DNA of 64,000 nucleotides from Candidatus Omnitrophota bacterium (GCA_041651035.1 JBAZKC010000002.1:30884-94883), one strand, 5' to 3'; numbered from the stretch's first letter, positions 27,686 through 36,260 are shown. Notes: generated by a model not told the origin, from the letters alone. Numbers and translations are program-made.

Positions 27686-28967
27686 ATTCATTACTTTAGG
27701 CTGTAAGGTAAATCAATTTGATACCCAAAGTATAAGAGAGAGGTTCTTAGGGGCAGGGTACTCGGAAATAGATAACGGAAAACCCGCGGATATTTACCTG
27801 ATTAATACCTGCACAGTTACGCATAGGGCGGACTCTGATTCTCTTAATCTTATCCGCAAAGCAAAAAGAGAGAACTCCCGCGCCAAGATCATAGTTACCG
27901 GCTGCCTTACAGAACTTGATGAAGATTTAATAAGGCAGGCTGCAGCCAAGGTGATAATTGTAAAAAATAAGGATAAAGAAAAGCTGCCTTCACAGGGACT
28001 GACCCCGAAATATAACTCCCGAAGAGCTGTTCTTAGGGGTCTGTCCCTAAGAGCCAACAGCATTTCTTACTTCAAAGGCCACACCCGCGCATTCTTAAAA
28101 ATTCAGGACGGCTGCGATAATTTTTGTTCTTACTGCAAAGTCCCGTTAGTAAGAGGGAGATCGCGTAGCCGTGGCTTAGACAAGATTGTAAGCGACGCGC
28201 GGCAGCTGGTAAAAAACGGTTTTAAAGAGATAGTGCTATGTGGTATTTGCCTGGGTTCGTATGGTAAAGGCTTAAGCAGCGGCAAAAATCTTGTTGATGT
28301 GATTGAAGCGCTGGAAAAAATAGACGGGTTATTGCGCATCAGGTTGAGTTCTATAGAAGCAGGTGATGTTTCAGATAAATTGATTGCTAAGATGGCAGGC
28401 TCCGAGAAATTATGCCCGCATCTGCATATTCCTATCCAAAGCGGTGATGACGATATTTTAAAGAAAATGAACCGCCGCTATAGCCGTAAGGATTATCTGG
28501 CGCTTATCAAAAGAATAAAAAAGAATATTCCCGAAGTTGCCATTACTACGGATGTATTAGTAGGTTTTCCCGGAGAATCTGAATGCAACTTTCAAAATAC
28601 CCTGAAATTAATCAAGGAAATTCTGCCTTTAAAAGTGCATATTTTCCCTTATTCTCCGAGAAAAGGCACACTGGCTAGCGCAAAATTCAATCAAAGGATA
28701 GACCCTGGAATAATAAAAGAAAGGATTGCCCGGCTTAAGGACGTCGCCGGCAGTTGTTCGCTTGAATATAAAAAACAATTCTTGAATAGGAATATGCAGG
28801 TGCTTGTTGAAGGCCGTTCCAAAGAAAACCCCGCTTTCTGGCAGGGCCATACAGGAAATTTCCTAGAGGTTCTAATAAGGTTAGATCTTAATCTAAGCAA
28901 TAAAATCGTTACAACTAAATTAAGAAAACTAAAGGACGATTTTGTTTTAGCGGAGATTTTTCATTAG
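27675..28967 (+). CDS. mtaB: tRNA methylthiotransferase, MtaB/MiaB-like (MTTase N-domain, radical SAM, TRAM)
   Basis: MKTVKFITLGCKVNQFDTQ.., CDNFCSYCKVP radical SAM cluster. Carries a 61-bp in-frame palindromic element at 27993-28053 in the inter-domain linker. Confidence 0.85.
   Translation, partial: KTVKFITLGCKVNQFDTQSIRERFLGAGYSEIDNGKPADIYLINTCTVTHRADSDSLNLIRKAKRENSRAKIIVTGCLTELDEDLIRQAAAKVIIVKNKDKEKLPSQGLTPKYNSRRAVLRGLSLRANSISYFKGHTRAFLKIQDGCDNFCSYCKVPLVRGRSRSRGLDKIVSDARQLVKNGFKEIVLCGICLGSYGKGLSSGKNLVDVIEALEKIDGLLRIRLSSIEAGDVSDKLIAKMAGSEKLCPHLHIPIQSGDDDILKKMNRRYSRKDYLALIKRIKKNIPEVAITTDVLVGFPGESECNFQNTLKLIKEILPLKVHIFPYSPRKGTLASAKFNQRIDPGIIKERIARLKDVAGSCSLEYKKQFLNRNMQVLVEGRSKENPAFWQGHTGNFLEVLIRLDLNLSNKIVTTKLRKLKDDFVLAEIFH
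27993..28053. repeat. Type A GGGAC/GTCCC palindromic element, in-frame inside mtaB
   Basis: cagggactgaccccgaaatataactcccgaagagctgttcttaggggtctgtccctaagag; translated as QGLTPKYNSRRAVLRGLSLRA. Confidence 0.8.
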
Positions 28968-28968
28968 A

Positions 28969-29026
28969 CAGGGACTGGGTCCGAAATATAGCACCAGCAT
29001 GGTTGTTCTTAGGAGCCTGTCCCTAT
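28969..29026. repeat. Type A palindromic element, intergenic, directly after the mtaB stop
   Basis: cagggactgggtccgaaatatagcaccagcatggttgttcttaggagcctgtccctat. Confidence 0.8.
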
Positions 29027-29045
29027 TTATTTTAGCAGAATTATC

Positions 29046-29073
29046 TTGATTTTTAGCCTTTTAATTATATAAT
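29046..29073 (+). promoter_or_regulatory. Candidate promoter TTGATT-16-TATAAT upstream of the paralog array
   Basis: TTGATT at 29046-29051 and TATAAT at 29068-29073. Confidence 0.4.
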
Positions 29074-29104
29074 AAAATCAACCAAGCCCTTAGTAAAGGA
29101 ATAT

Positions 29105-29764
29105 ATGTCTAAATTACTTATTAAGATAGGGATCACCTCATTTTTCCTGCTCATCCTCTCCTCTTTTAGTTTTGCCGAAGAAACCCTTACCTTTACCACG
29201 TATTATCCGTCACCCTATGCCAGCTACAACGAGCTCCGCGCTAAGCGTATGGCTATTGGTGATAATTATATTGACAGCACTACTTATACCTGGGAGGTAA
29301 CCGACGGAGATGGAGGAGAGGTTGATTACTTAGCTGACCTGGTAGTTGAAGGCAGGGTAGGCATCGGCACAGTTATTCCTACTGTTCCTCTGCATGTCGC
29401 AGGCGCGGCAACCGGAGCTGTAAGGATAGTAGATGGCAACCAGGCTTTAGGTTATGTCCTGACTTCAGACGCAAACGGCGTAGGCAAATGGCAGGCAAGT
29501 TCAGGTGGTATAGTATATACATACTATTGTTATAACTCTCCCAGAGGCACTCCTGTGTGTACCGACTCCGGAGGCACTCAAGGTTATTGCCCCGCAGGAT
29601 ATACGCAGAAGCTTGCCCTTGGAGCGTGGGGTGTATGCTATTATACTGTAGCAGGCTGCTACGGTGATTCATACTATTATCATTTTCTTCCTCCGAATGG
29701 CAGTTGTGGTTCTACTTATCCCACTACGCAACTTTTTGGTTACGCTTATGTATGCTCTCAGTAA
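29105..29764 (+). CDS. Secreted Cys-rich protein, paralog 1 of a tandem triplet (unknown family)
   Basis: Signal peptide MSKLLIKIGITSFFLLILSSFSFA|EE. Conserved core YYPSPY.SYNELRAKR.AIGDNYI..TTYTWE.TDGDGGEVDYLADLVVEGRVGIGTV.PT.PLHV.G..TGAVRIVDGNQA.GYVLTSDANG.GKWQASSGG, then a variable Cys/Tyr-rich tail ending YVCSQ. Confidence 0.7.
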   Translation: MSKLLIKIGITSFFLLILSSFSFAEETLTFTTYYPSPYASYNELRAKRMAIGDNYIDSTTYTWEVTDGDGGEVDYLADLVVEGRVGIGTVIPTVPLHVAGAATGAVRIVDGNQALGYVLTSDANGVGKWQASSGGIVYTYYCYNSPRGTPVCTDSGGTQGYCPAGYTQKLALGAWGVCYYTVAGCYGDSYYYHFLPPNGSCGSTYPTTQLFGYAYVCSQ

Positions 29765-29772
29765 AGGAATAT

Positions 29773-30405
29773 ATGCCTAGATTATTTATTAAAATAGGGA
29801 TCACCTCATTTTTCCTGCTCATCCTATCCTCTTTTAGTTTTTCCGAAGAAACTCTTACTATCACCTCCTATTATCCTTCACCTTACGGCAGCTACAACGA
29901 GCTCCGCGCCAAGAGAGTGGCTATAGGAGACAACTACATCAACACCACTACCTATACCTGGGAGACAACCGATGGAGACGGAGGAGAGGTTGATTACTTA
30001 GCTGACCTGGTAGTTGAAGGCAGGGTAGGTATCGGTACCGTTACTCCAACTACTCCGTTGCATATCGTAGGCACAACTACTGGAGCTGTAAGGATAGTAG
30101 ATGGCAACCAGGCTTCAGGCTATGTCTTAACATCAGACGCAAATGGCCTAGGCAAATGGCAGGCAAGTTCAGGAGGTACAATGTACATGTATTATTGTTT
30201 TTCTAGCACTACCTATGGCACTCCTGTGTGTACCAACTCCGGAGGCACCCGGCTTTATTGCCCCGCAGGATATACACAAAAACTTGCGCTTGGCGCGTGG
30301 GGTACAAGCAACGGTCTCCAAGACCCGTATTATATTCCTCCGGGCGGCAGTTTCAGTGGTATTGCTGGATATGTTGGTTCAGCCTATGTATGCTCTCAGA
30401 ATTAA
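29773..30405 (+). CDS. Secreted Cys-rich protein, paralog 2
   Basis: The ATG at 29773 is preceded by the same agtaaaggaatat unit as paralog 1, with ~85-90% nt identity to paralog 1 in the first 430 nt. Confidence 0.7.
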   Translation: MPRLFIKIGITSFFLLILSSFSFSEETLTITSYYPSPYGSYNELRAKRVAIGDNYINTTTYTWETTDGDGGEVDYLADLVVEGRVGIGTVTPTTPLHIVGTTTGAVRIVDGNQASGYVLTSDANGLGKWQASSGGTMYMYYCFSSTTYGTPVCTNSGGTRLYCPAGYTQKLALGAWGTSNGLQDPYYIPPGGSFSGIAGYVGSAYVCSQN

Positions 30406-30418
30406 AAAGAGGTGTATA

Positions 30419-31123
30419 GTGTTTAAGAACAAGTTTTTATTCTTTCCGCCACTAATCTTTATTTTATTTCTTATTCCAAATTATTTCCTTTTTGCCGAAG
30501 AAACTCTCACTATCACCTCCTATTATCCGTCACCTTACGGCAGCTACAACGAGCTCCGCGCTAAGCGTATAGCCATAGGAGATAACTATATCAATACCAC
30601 TACCTATACCTGGGAGGCAACCGACGGAGATGGAGGAGAGGTTGATTACTTAGCTGATCTGATAGTTGAAGGCAGGGTAGGCATTGGCACGGTTACTCCT
30701 ACTGTCCCGCTGCATGTTACAGGTACATCAACCGGGGCTGTAAGGATAGTAGACGGCAACCAGGCTTCAGGCTATGTCCTGACTTCAGACGCAAACGGCG
30801 TAGGCAAATGGCAGGCAAGTTCAGGTGGTACAAGTTATACATACTATTGTTATAACTCTACATATACTAGTATGTTTGGAGTCGTGATGGCTTCTACTGG
30901 TACCCCCCAATGTACCGACTCCGGAGGCACTCGAGGTTATTGCCCCGCAGGATATACGCAGAAGCTCGCGCTTGGCTCATGGGGTATATGTGCGGCAGGC
31001 GTTCTTACCTACTATGGATATTTTCTTCCTCCGAGTGGCAGTTGTGGTACCGTGAACATATCAGGTACAGATTTTGCTGCGGCTGCTGTTGTTTACGGCA
31101 CAGCATACGTTTGTTCTCAGTAA
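30419..31123 (+). CDS. Secreted Cys-rich protein, paralog 3 (probable GTG start)
   Basis: The GTG at 30419 is preceded by an aaagagg RBS. Mosaic similarity to paralogs 1 and 2, with the longest C-terminal tail. Confidence 0.6.
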   Translation: MFKNKFLFFPPLIFILFLIPNYFLFAEETLTITSYYPSPYGSYNELRAKRIAIGDNYINTTTYTWEATDGDGGEVDYLADLIVEGRVGIGTVTPTVPLHVTGTSTGAVRIVDGNQASGYVLTSDANGVGKWQASSGGTSYTYYCYNSTYTSMFGVVMASTGTPQCTDSGGTRGYCPAGYTQKLALGSWGICAAGVLTYYGYFLPPSGSCGTVNISGTDFAAAAVVYGTAYVCSQ

Positions 31124-31133
31124 ATAATATAAG

Positions 31134-31298
31134 ATGATTTATGCAAATAGAAAAAGATCATTTACGCTGGTAGAGATCATGATCGTTATCGCGATAATCG
31201 CGTTATTATCCCTTATTGCTATACCTAATTTACTCCGGCAGCGCCTCCAGCAAAATGAATCCGCGGCGCCGGCAGCTTTAAATGGTGTAGTAGCGCCA
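31134..31298 (+). pseudogene. Prepilin-type N-terminal fragment (54 codons), possibly a truncated pilin/pseudopilin
   Basis: MIYANRKRSFTLVEIMIVIAIIALLSLIAIPNLLRQRLQQNESAAPAALNGVVAP stop. Classic FTLVE + hydrophobic helix, but Ser at -1 and no globular domain. It ends where the palindromic element at 31304 begins, and is not in the ORF track (<60 aa). Confidence 0.45.
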
Positions 31299-31303
31299 TA
31301 AAA

Positions 31304-31405
31304 GACAGGGACAGCCCCCAATAGCGGCGGGACACTTTCCATTGAGTTACCTTGTTTTAGCTCTGATGGAAGGTGTCCCGTAACTGTTTTCGGGGACAGT
31401 CCCTT
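31304..31405. repeat. Composite nested palindromic element (gggacagcccc .. gggacactttcc .. ggaaggtgtccc .. ggggacagtccc) followed by a T6 tract
   Basis: Seen directly: outer gggacag arms and inner gggacac/gtgtccc arms. This may act as a terminator. Confidence 0.7.
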
Positions 31406-31459
31406 TTTTAAAATAATTTCCCTTGCTGAAGGCCGTTTTTATGATAGAATTTACATATT

Positions 31460-31876
31460 ATGAATAATACACGGGGCAAAAGTTTTGTGATGATAATGAT
31501 GGTGATAGCAGTTTCCGCCCTCTTTTTGAGGTTTGCCATCGATAAAGTAATAAGATTCAATATATCCCAGAATGAATCCAATGCCCAGGGTACGTTAAAA
31601 TTGATCTCCGCCGCCTTAGAAAATTACGCTAAGGATAACCACGGTGTTTACCCGGCAAGCGCGGATATCCTGACAAAATCCCAGCCGCCTTACCTGGACA
31701 AAGATTATATTTCCCAGTATCCCGCGAAAGGTTATAATTTCACTTGTCCGAAACTCGAACCGTCCGGTTATAACTGCTATGCCAGCCCCGTTAGGTGCAA
31801 ATTGACCGGCATAATGATGTATACCGTTACCACCGGCGGATTATTCGTATCGGAAGGGTGTAAAGTAAAAGAGTAG
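31460..31876 (+). CDS. GspG-like pseudopilin / pilin-like protein with a degenerate N-terminus
   Basis: KSFVMIMMVIAVSALFL (no Glu5) followed by NAQGTLKLISAALENYAKDNHGVYP..SQPPYLDKDY, which resembles the GspG core (A.E.Y..DNG.YP). Confidence 0.55.
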   Translation: MNNTRGKSFVMIMMVIAVSALFLRFAIDKVIRFNISQNESNAQGTLKLISAALENYAKDNHGVYPASADILTKSQPPYLDKDYISQYPAKGYNFTCPKLEPSGYNCYASPVRCKLTGIMMYTVTTGGLFVSEGCKVKE

Positions 31877-31897
31877 CCTGGTAAAGAGAAAGGCTGG

Positions 31898-32203
31898 ATG
31901 TACAAGGTTAAATTTGTTTTCGCCAAAAAAGGCGAAATGAAGTATATATCTCATTTAGACCTGATGCGGCTGTTTACGCGGGCATTGCGCCGGGCGGATC
32001 TGCCGGTTAAGATCACAGAAGGGTTTAGCCCTCATCAAAAGTTTAGTATTAAACGGGCCTTGAAATTAGGCGTAGAAAGCGATAATGAAGAAGCAGCGGT
32101 AGTGTTGGCCGAATTCATGGCTGTTGAAGAATTCCAACGCAGGCTGCAGGAACAATTACCAGAAGGGATAGAAATAAAAAATGCCGAAAGAGATTTTAAT
32201 TAA
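31898..32203 (+). CDS. DUF2344 / TIGR03936-family radical-SAM-associated protein
   Basis: MYKVKFVFAKKGEMKYISHLDLMRLFTRALRRADLPV..GFSPHQKFS signature. Confidence 0.7.
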   Translation: MYKVKFVFAKKGEMKYISHLDLMRLFTRALRRADLPVKITEGFSPHQKFSIKRALKLGVESDNEEAAVVLAEFMAVEEFQRRLQEQLPEGIEIKNAERDFN

Positions 32204-33626
32204 TGTTGAGCCTCAAGAGAGGCGAGTAGCCATAGTTTCCGACGGGCAGCCGGAAGAATTTTATATTGAGCGGCCGCAGGATAAGACTATAGTCGGTAAT
32301 ATATATAAAGGCATAATCGAGGCGGTCTTGCCTTCTATAGGTGCTGCGTTTGTGGATATAGGCATGGCCAAAAAGGGTTTCCTTTATTTATCCGAGATAG
32401 AGTTTGCTTTTGAATCTTTGGATACTCCGGAGCCGTTGGCTCCTCCTCGTGAGATAAAAAAGGGCCAGGAAGTCCTGGTGCAGGTAGTAAAAGAGGGGTT
32501 TGGCACAAAAGGGCCGCGGCTGTCCACGCATATCGGCCTTGCTGGAAGGTATTTAGTGCTTTTACCTTTGGATAATCAGGTAGGCGTGTCCAAAAGGATA
32601 GAGGATGATGAAGAAAGAAGGCGCTTAAGGCATATGCTGGGTGAGCTTAAACTGTCTGAAAAAGTGGGTTTTATCGTGCGCACTGTTGCCAGCGGGAAAA
32701 CAAAACAAGAATTATCCCGGGATGCGCAGTTCCTGCTTAAATTATGGAGCAGACTGCAGAAAATAATAGAGCAAAAGAAAGCTCCCAGCCTTATCTATGA
32801 AGAGTACGACCTGGTATTTCGGGTAATAAGGGATTCTTTCAGCGAGGATGTCTCTAAGCTGATCGTAGATTCAAAACCTGAATACTACAGGATACAGCGT
32901 TTCATGAGGACGTTCATGAGCTACCTGGCAAAGAGGGTAGATTTATACCGGGGCGATGACCTGTTCGGAGATAAGGATATTGAAAAACATACCAATAAGA
33001 TATTCGACAGCCACATTTATTTGAAATCAAAGGCCTATATCATAATCGAGCCTACCGAAGGGCTGGTGGTGATAGACGTAAACAGCGGGGGCTTCAGGAA
33101 GAAGTTGAACCAGGAAGACGCTGCTTTTAAGGTAAATTGTGAAGCCGCGGTTGAGATTGGCCGCCAGTTGATCTTGCGTGATCTGGGGGGTATAATCGTC
33201 ATAGATTTTATTGACATGGAAAAAGAAGCTCACCGCCGCGAACTCCTGAATGTCTTAAAGAAAGCTTTAAGCAAGGACAAGGCAAAATACGATATTTTAG
33301 GTATTTCGAAGTTTGGATTAGTGGAAATGACCAGGGAGCGGGTCCATAAGACTGTGCAGATGCTTTCTTACCAACTCTGTCCGTGCTGTCACGGAAGGGG
33401 AAAGGTCAAGTCTCCTATGACTATAGCTATCTACGCGCTGAAGGAATTAAAGAGGTTTTTAAAAGATAAATCATTAAGGCAGGTTAATCTCACATTGGCC
33501 CCCGCGGTAATTGACGAAATCTTAAAAGATAAGGGTAATTTAAAGGCAATTGAGCAGAAATTCAATACCAAGGTTAACCTTATCTCCAATCCTGCTTCCC
33601 ACACAGAAGAAATAAAAGTATCTTGA
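32181..33626 (+). CDS. rng: Ribonuclease G/E family (Rne/Rng)
   Basis: 481 aa, S1 domain (IVGNIYKGIIEAVLPSIGAAFVDIG), DNase I-like and Zn-link CPCCHGRG motifs. Confidence 0.85.
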   Translation: MPKEILINVEPQERRVAIVSDGQPEEFYIERPQDKTIVGNIYKGIIEAVLPSIGAAFVDIGMAKKGFLYLSEIEFAFESLDTPEPLAPPREIKKGQEVLVQVVKEGFGTKGPRLSTHIGLAGRYLVLLPLDNQVGVSKRIEDDEERRRLRHMLGELKLSEKVGFIVRTVASGKTKQELSRDAQFLLKLWSRLQKIIEQKKAPSLIYEEYDLVFRVIRDSFSEDVSKLIVDSKPEYYRIQRFMRTFMSYLAKRVDLYRGDDLFGDKDIEKHTNKIFDSHIYLKSKAYIIIEPTEGLVVIDVNSGGFRKKLNQEDAAFKVNCEAAVEIGRQLILRDLGGIIVIDFIDMEKEAHRRELLNVLKKALSKDKAKYDILGISKFGLVEMTRERVHKTVQMLSYQLCPCCHGRGKVKSPMTIAIYALKELKRFLKDKSLRQVNLTLAPAVIDEILKDKGNLKAIEQKFNTKVNLISNPASHTEEIKVS

Positions 33627-33666
33627 TTTTCTCTCTCTTGCATGCCTGAAAATCATACCGCCGAGT

Positions 33667-33717
33667 ATGCTAAAATTATCCGAGTTCCTAGAAAAGGAAC
33701 GAGGAAAATTTTAGCAT
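33667..33717. terminator. Imperfect hairpin atgctaaaatt..ttcct / aggaa..aattttagcat after rng
   Basis: 11-bp outer and 5-bp inner complementary arms; T-rich downstream. Confidence 0.35.
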
Positions 33718-33762
33718 ATTTTACGAGGCGGGATTTACTAATTTTTATTCACTAATTTTGGC

Positions 33763-33790
33763 TTGACCTGGTTAGAAATTGTGATAATAT
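33763..33790 (+). promoter_or_regulatory. Promoter TTGACC-16-(TGa)TAATAT upstream of rplU
   Basis: TTGACC at 33763-33768; extended -10 TGATAATAT ending at 33790. Confidence 0.5.
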
Positions 33791-33836
33791 AATAGGTTAT
33801 AATCAACTTTTTTAAGCCATTTAAGGAGGGTAACAA

Positions 33837-34151
33837 ATGTATGCGATAATTGAAGTTGGGGCAAAACAGTATAGTGTCAAGAAAGACGATATTATTGACG
33901 TAGAGTTGATAGCTGCTAAAGAAGGCAAGGTAGTCGATTTAGATAAGGTGCTTTTGGTTTCTAAGGACAAGAAGATAGAAATAGGCCAGCCTTATTTAAA
34001 AGAAGCCAAGGTCAAGGCAACGGTCTTAGGGCAGATAAAAGGCGAAAAATTAATTTCTTTTAAGTACCGCAGGCGCAAGTCTTCGCATTGGACAAAAGGG
34101 CATCGCCAGCAGCTGACGCGGTTAAAAATAAAAGAAATAGAAGCCGCTTAG
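33837..34151 (+). CDS. rplU: 50S ribosomal protein L21
   Basis: MYAIIEVGAKQY.V...D....E bL21 signature, 104 aa, aaggaggg RBS. Confidence 0.92.
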   Translation: MYAIIEVGAKQYSVKKDDIIDVELIAAKEGKVVDLDKVLLVSKDKKIEIGQPYLKEAKVKATVLGQIKGEKLISFKYRRRKSSHWTKGHRQQLTRLKIKEIEAA

Positions 34152-34155
34152 CCCG

Positions 34156-35142
34156 ATGTTTGTTGACAGCGTAAAAATATACGTCAGGGGAGGCAATGGC
34201 TCCAGAGGCTGCCAGAGCTTCTACCGTGATAAATATACGCGCCACCCGATACCTAACGGAGGAGACGGCGGCAAGGGTTCCGACATTATTATAAAAGCGG
34301 ATAGGAATTTATATACCCTTTTAGACTTTAAGTATAACAGTAATTTTCGCGGCCCAAACGGCGGCCGCGCTTCCAGCAATAAGAAAAAGGGCAAGGATGC
34401 CTCTAGTATTATTATCCCTGTCCCTATAGGCACGACCATTAAGGATATAAAAACAAATTGCGTGCTTCGCGATCTGGATAAAGACCAGCAGGAAGTTATA
34501 GTAGCTTATGGCGGTAAAGGCGGCCTGGGTAACCAGCATCATAAAGAAGCTTCTGATGGGGAGCCCGGAGAGGAAAAAGAGCTGCTGCTTGATTTAAAAG
34601 TAATCGCGGATGTGGGCATCGTAGGTTTTCCTAACGCGGGAAAATCCACGTTGATCTCCAGTATCTCTAATGCCCATCCGAAAGTAGCCTCCTATCCTTT
34701 TACTACCAAATCCCCTATTTTAGGCGTGGTTAATTATTCCCGCAAGCCGTTTACAGTAGCTGATATTCCCGGGCTTATCAAAGGTTCATCAGAAGGCCGC
34801 GGCCTGGGGGATAGGTTTTTAAGGCACATCGAACGGACGAGAATTATTATCCATATTGTGGATATCTCGAGCTCTGAAGGCAGGGACCCGGTAGAGGATT
34901 ATAAGACCATAAATGAAGAGTTAAAGAATTATAGCGAGGAAGTTAGCTCCGATGTTAAATATTTTGGCGCCAGGGTTAATAAAAAGCCGCAGATCATCGT
35001 TGCCAATAAAATGGATATAACAGGCGCTGATTCTAATCTCAAGATATTTAAGAAGGCGGTAAAGAAAAAGGTTTATCCGATATCCGCGCTGAAAAAAGAA
35101 GGGCTGGAGGAGTTAATTGAAGCAATCGTCGAAAAACTTTAA
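34156..35142 (+). CDS. obg: GTPase Obg
   Basis: MFVD..KIYVRGGNGSRGC, glycine-rich Obg fold, G1 GFPNAGKST, G3 DIPG. Confidence 0.92.
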   Translation: MFVDSVKIYVRGGNGSRGCQSFYRDKYTRHPIPNGGDGGKGSDIIIKADRNLYTLLDFKYNSNFRGPNGGRASSNKKKGKDASSIIIPVPIGTTIKDIKTNCVLRDLDKDQQEVIVAYGGKGGLGNQHHKEASDGEPGEEKELLLDLKVIADVGIVGFPNAGKSTLISSISNAHPKVASYPFTTKSPILGVVNYSRKPFTVADIPGLIKGSSEGRGLGDRFLRHIERTRIIIHIVDISSSEGRDPVEDYKTINEELKNYSEEVSSDVKYFGARVNKKPQIIVANKMDITGADSNLKIFKKAVKKKVYPISALKKEGLEELIEAIVEKL

Positions 35143-36187
35143 GAGGATCGTTGTAAAAATAGGCTCAAGCCTTCTGTGCCCTGATAAGGGGAAGCTTGAG
35201 CGCGGGCTGCTTAATGAGATCACCGGCCAGATCCAGGATCTGGTTAAAGACGGCAAAGAGATAGTCGTGGTCTCTTCGGGCGCGATCGCCCTGGGGATGG
35301 CTATATTGAAACTGGAATCACGCCCGAAAGAACTGGCGTATCTGCAGGCAGCCGCGGCTATAGGCCAACCAGAGCTGATGGATATCTATAGGGAATCTTT
35401 TAAGCAAAGGCAGTTAAATTGCCCGCAGCTGCTTTTAACCTGGGAAGATTTTAATGACCGCTCGCGTTATCTAAACGCCAAGAATACATTGTTAGCGCTT
35501 TTAAAATTAAACAGCGTGCCGATAATAAATGAAAACGACACAGTCTCCACTGATGAGATAAAATTCGGAGATAATGACCGGCTTTCAGCGCTGGTATCCA
35601 TACTTATCGGCGCGGACCTTTTGGTCATACTCTCTGATGTTGACGGCCTTCTGGAAAAAGATAAAAAGACCCTGGTAAGGTTAGTAGATAAAATTACGCC
35701 CCAGATACATGGCCTGGCTTGCCCTACGGATAAAAAAACCTGCGTGGGCGGGATGGTGACCAAGATAGAAGCAGCCAGGATTGTCGTAGACTCCGGTATT
35801 CCCTGCGTGATCGCCAATGGCAGGCGTAAAGGTATTATTAAATCCTGCGTAGACAATTCTAGTGAGAGCGGCACTTTGTTTTTGCCTAAGAAAGATCATC
35901 TTGCCGCGAAGAAGCGCTGGATCGCTTTTAGCGCCAAGCCAAAAGGAAAAATTATCGTTGATGATGGGGCCCGCCTTGCGCTCCTGAATAAGAAGAGCCT
36001 GCTTTCAGTAGGGATCGTTGGTTGTGAAGGCAGTTTTAATAAAGGGGACATTGTCAGCTTAAGAGATAAGCAAAACCGCGAATTCGCCAGGGGCAAAGCG
36101 GCGCTTTCCAGCGGAGAATTAGACAAAATTAAAGGCAGGCGCTGCGAGAAAGAAGCGGCCCATTGCGATAATATAGTCATATTGTAG
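35117..36187 (+). CDS. proB: Glutamate 5-kinase with C-terminal PUA domain
   Basis: KRIVVKIGSSLL.., amino-acid kinase fold, PUA C-terminus. Confidence 0.9.
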   Translation: MKQSSKNFKRIVVKIGSSLLCPDKGKLERGLLNEITGQIQDLVKDGKEIVVVSSGAIALGMAILKLESRPKELAYLQAAAAIGQPELMDIYRESFKQRQLNCPQLLLTWEDFNDRSRYLNAKNTLLALLKLNSVPIINENDTVSTDEIKFGDNDRLSALVSILIGADLLVILSDVDGLLEKDKKTLVRLVDKITPQIHGLACPTDKKTCVGGMVTKIEAARIVVDSGIPCVIANGRRKGIIKSCVDNSSESGTLFLPKKDHLAAKKRWIAFSAKPKGKIIVDDGARLALLNKKSLLSVGIVGCEGSFNKGDIVSLRDKQNREFARGKAALSSGELDKIKGRRCEKEAAHCDNIVIL

Positions 36188-36192
36188 TTACA

Positions 36193-36254
36193 CAGGGACT
36201 GTCCCCGAAATGTAGCTCCTGATGGGCTGTTCTTAGGGGACTGCCCCTAGAGAG
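36193..36254. repeat. Type A palindromic element between proB and proA
   Basis: cagggactgtccccgaaatgtagctcctgatgggctgttcttaggggactgcccctagagag. Confidence 0.8.
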
Positions 36255-36260
36255 AAGCTA

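Noticed and set aside
30215-30418. Long N-terminal extension of paralog 3 (ORF track start 30215) and the small ORFs 30228-30419 and 30910-31137
   Set aside because: The extension overlaps the paralog 2 coding sequence; a GTG with RBS at 30419 restores the same signal-peptide start as paralogs 1 and 2. The small ORFs are out-of-frame overlaps
31139-31342. 67-aa minus-strand ORF
   Set aside because: It is antisense to the prepilin-like fragment, which has the recognisable pilin signature and which I therefore prefer as the coding frame
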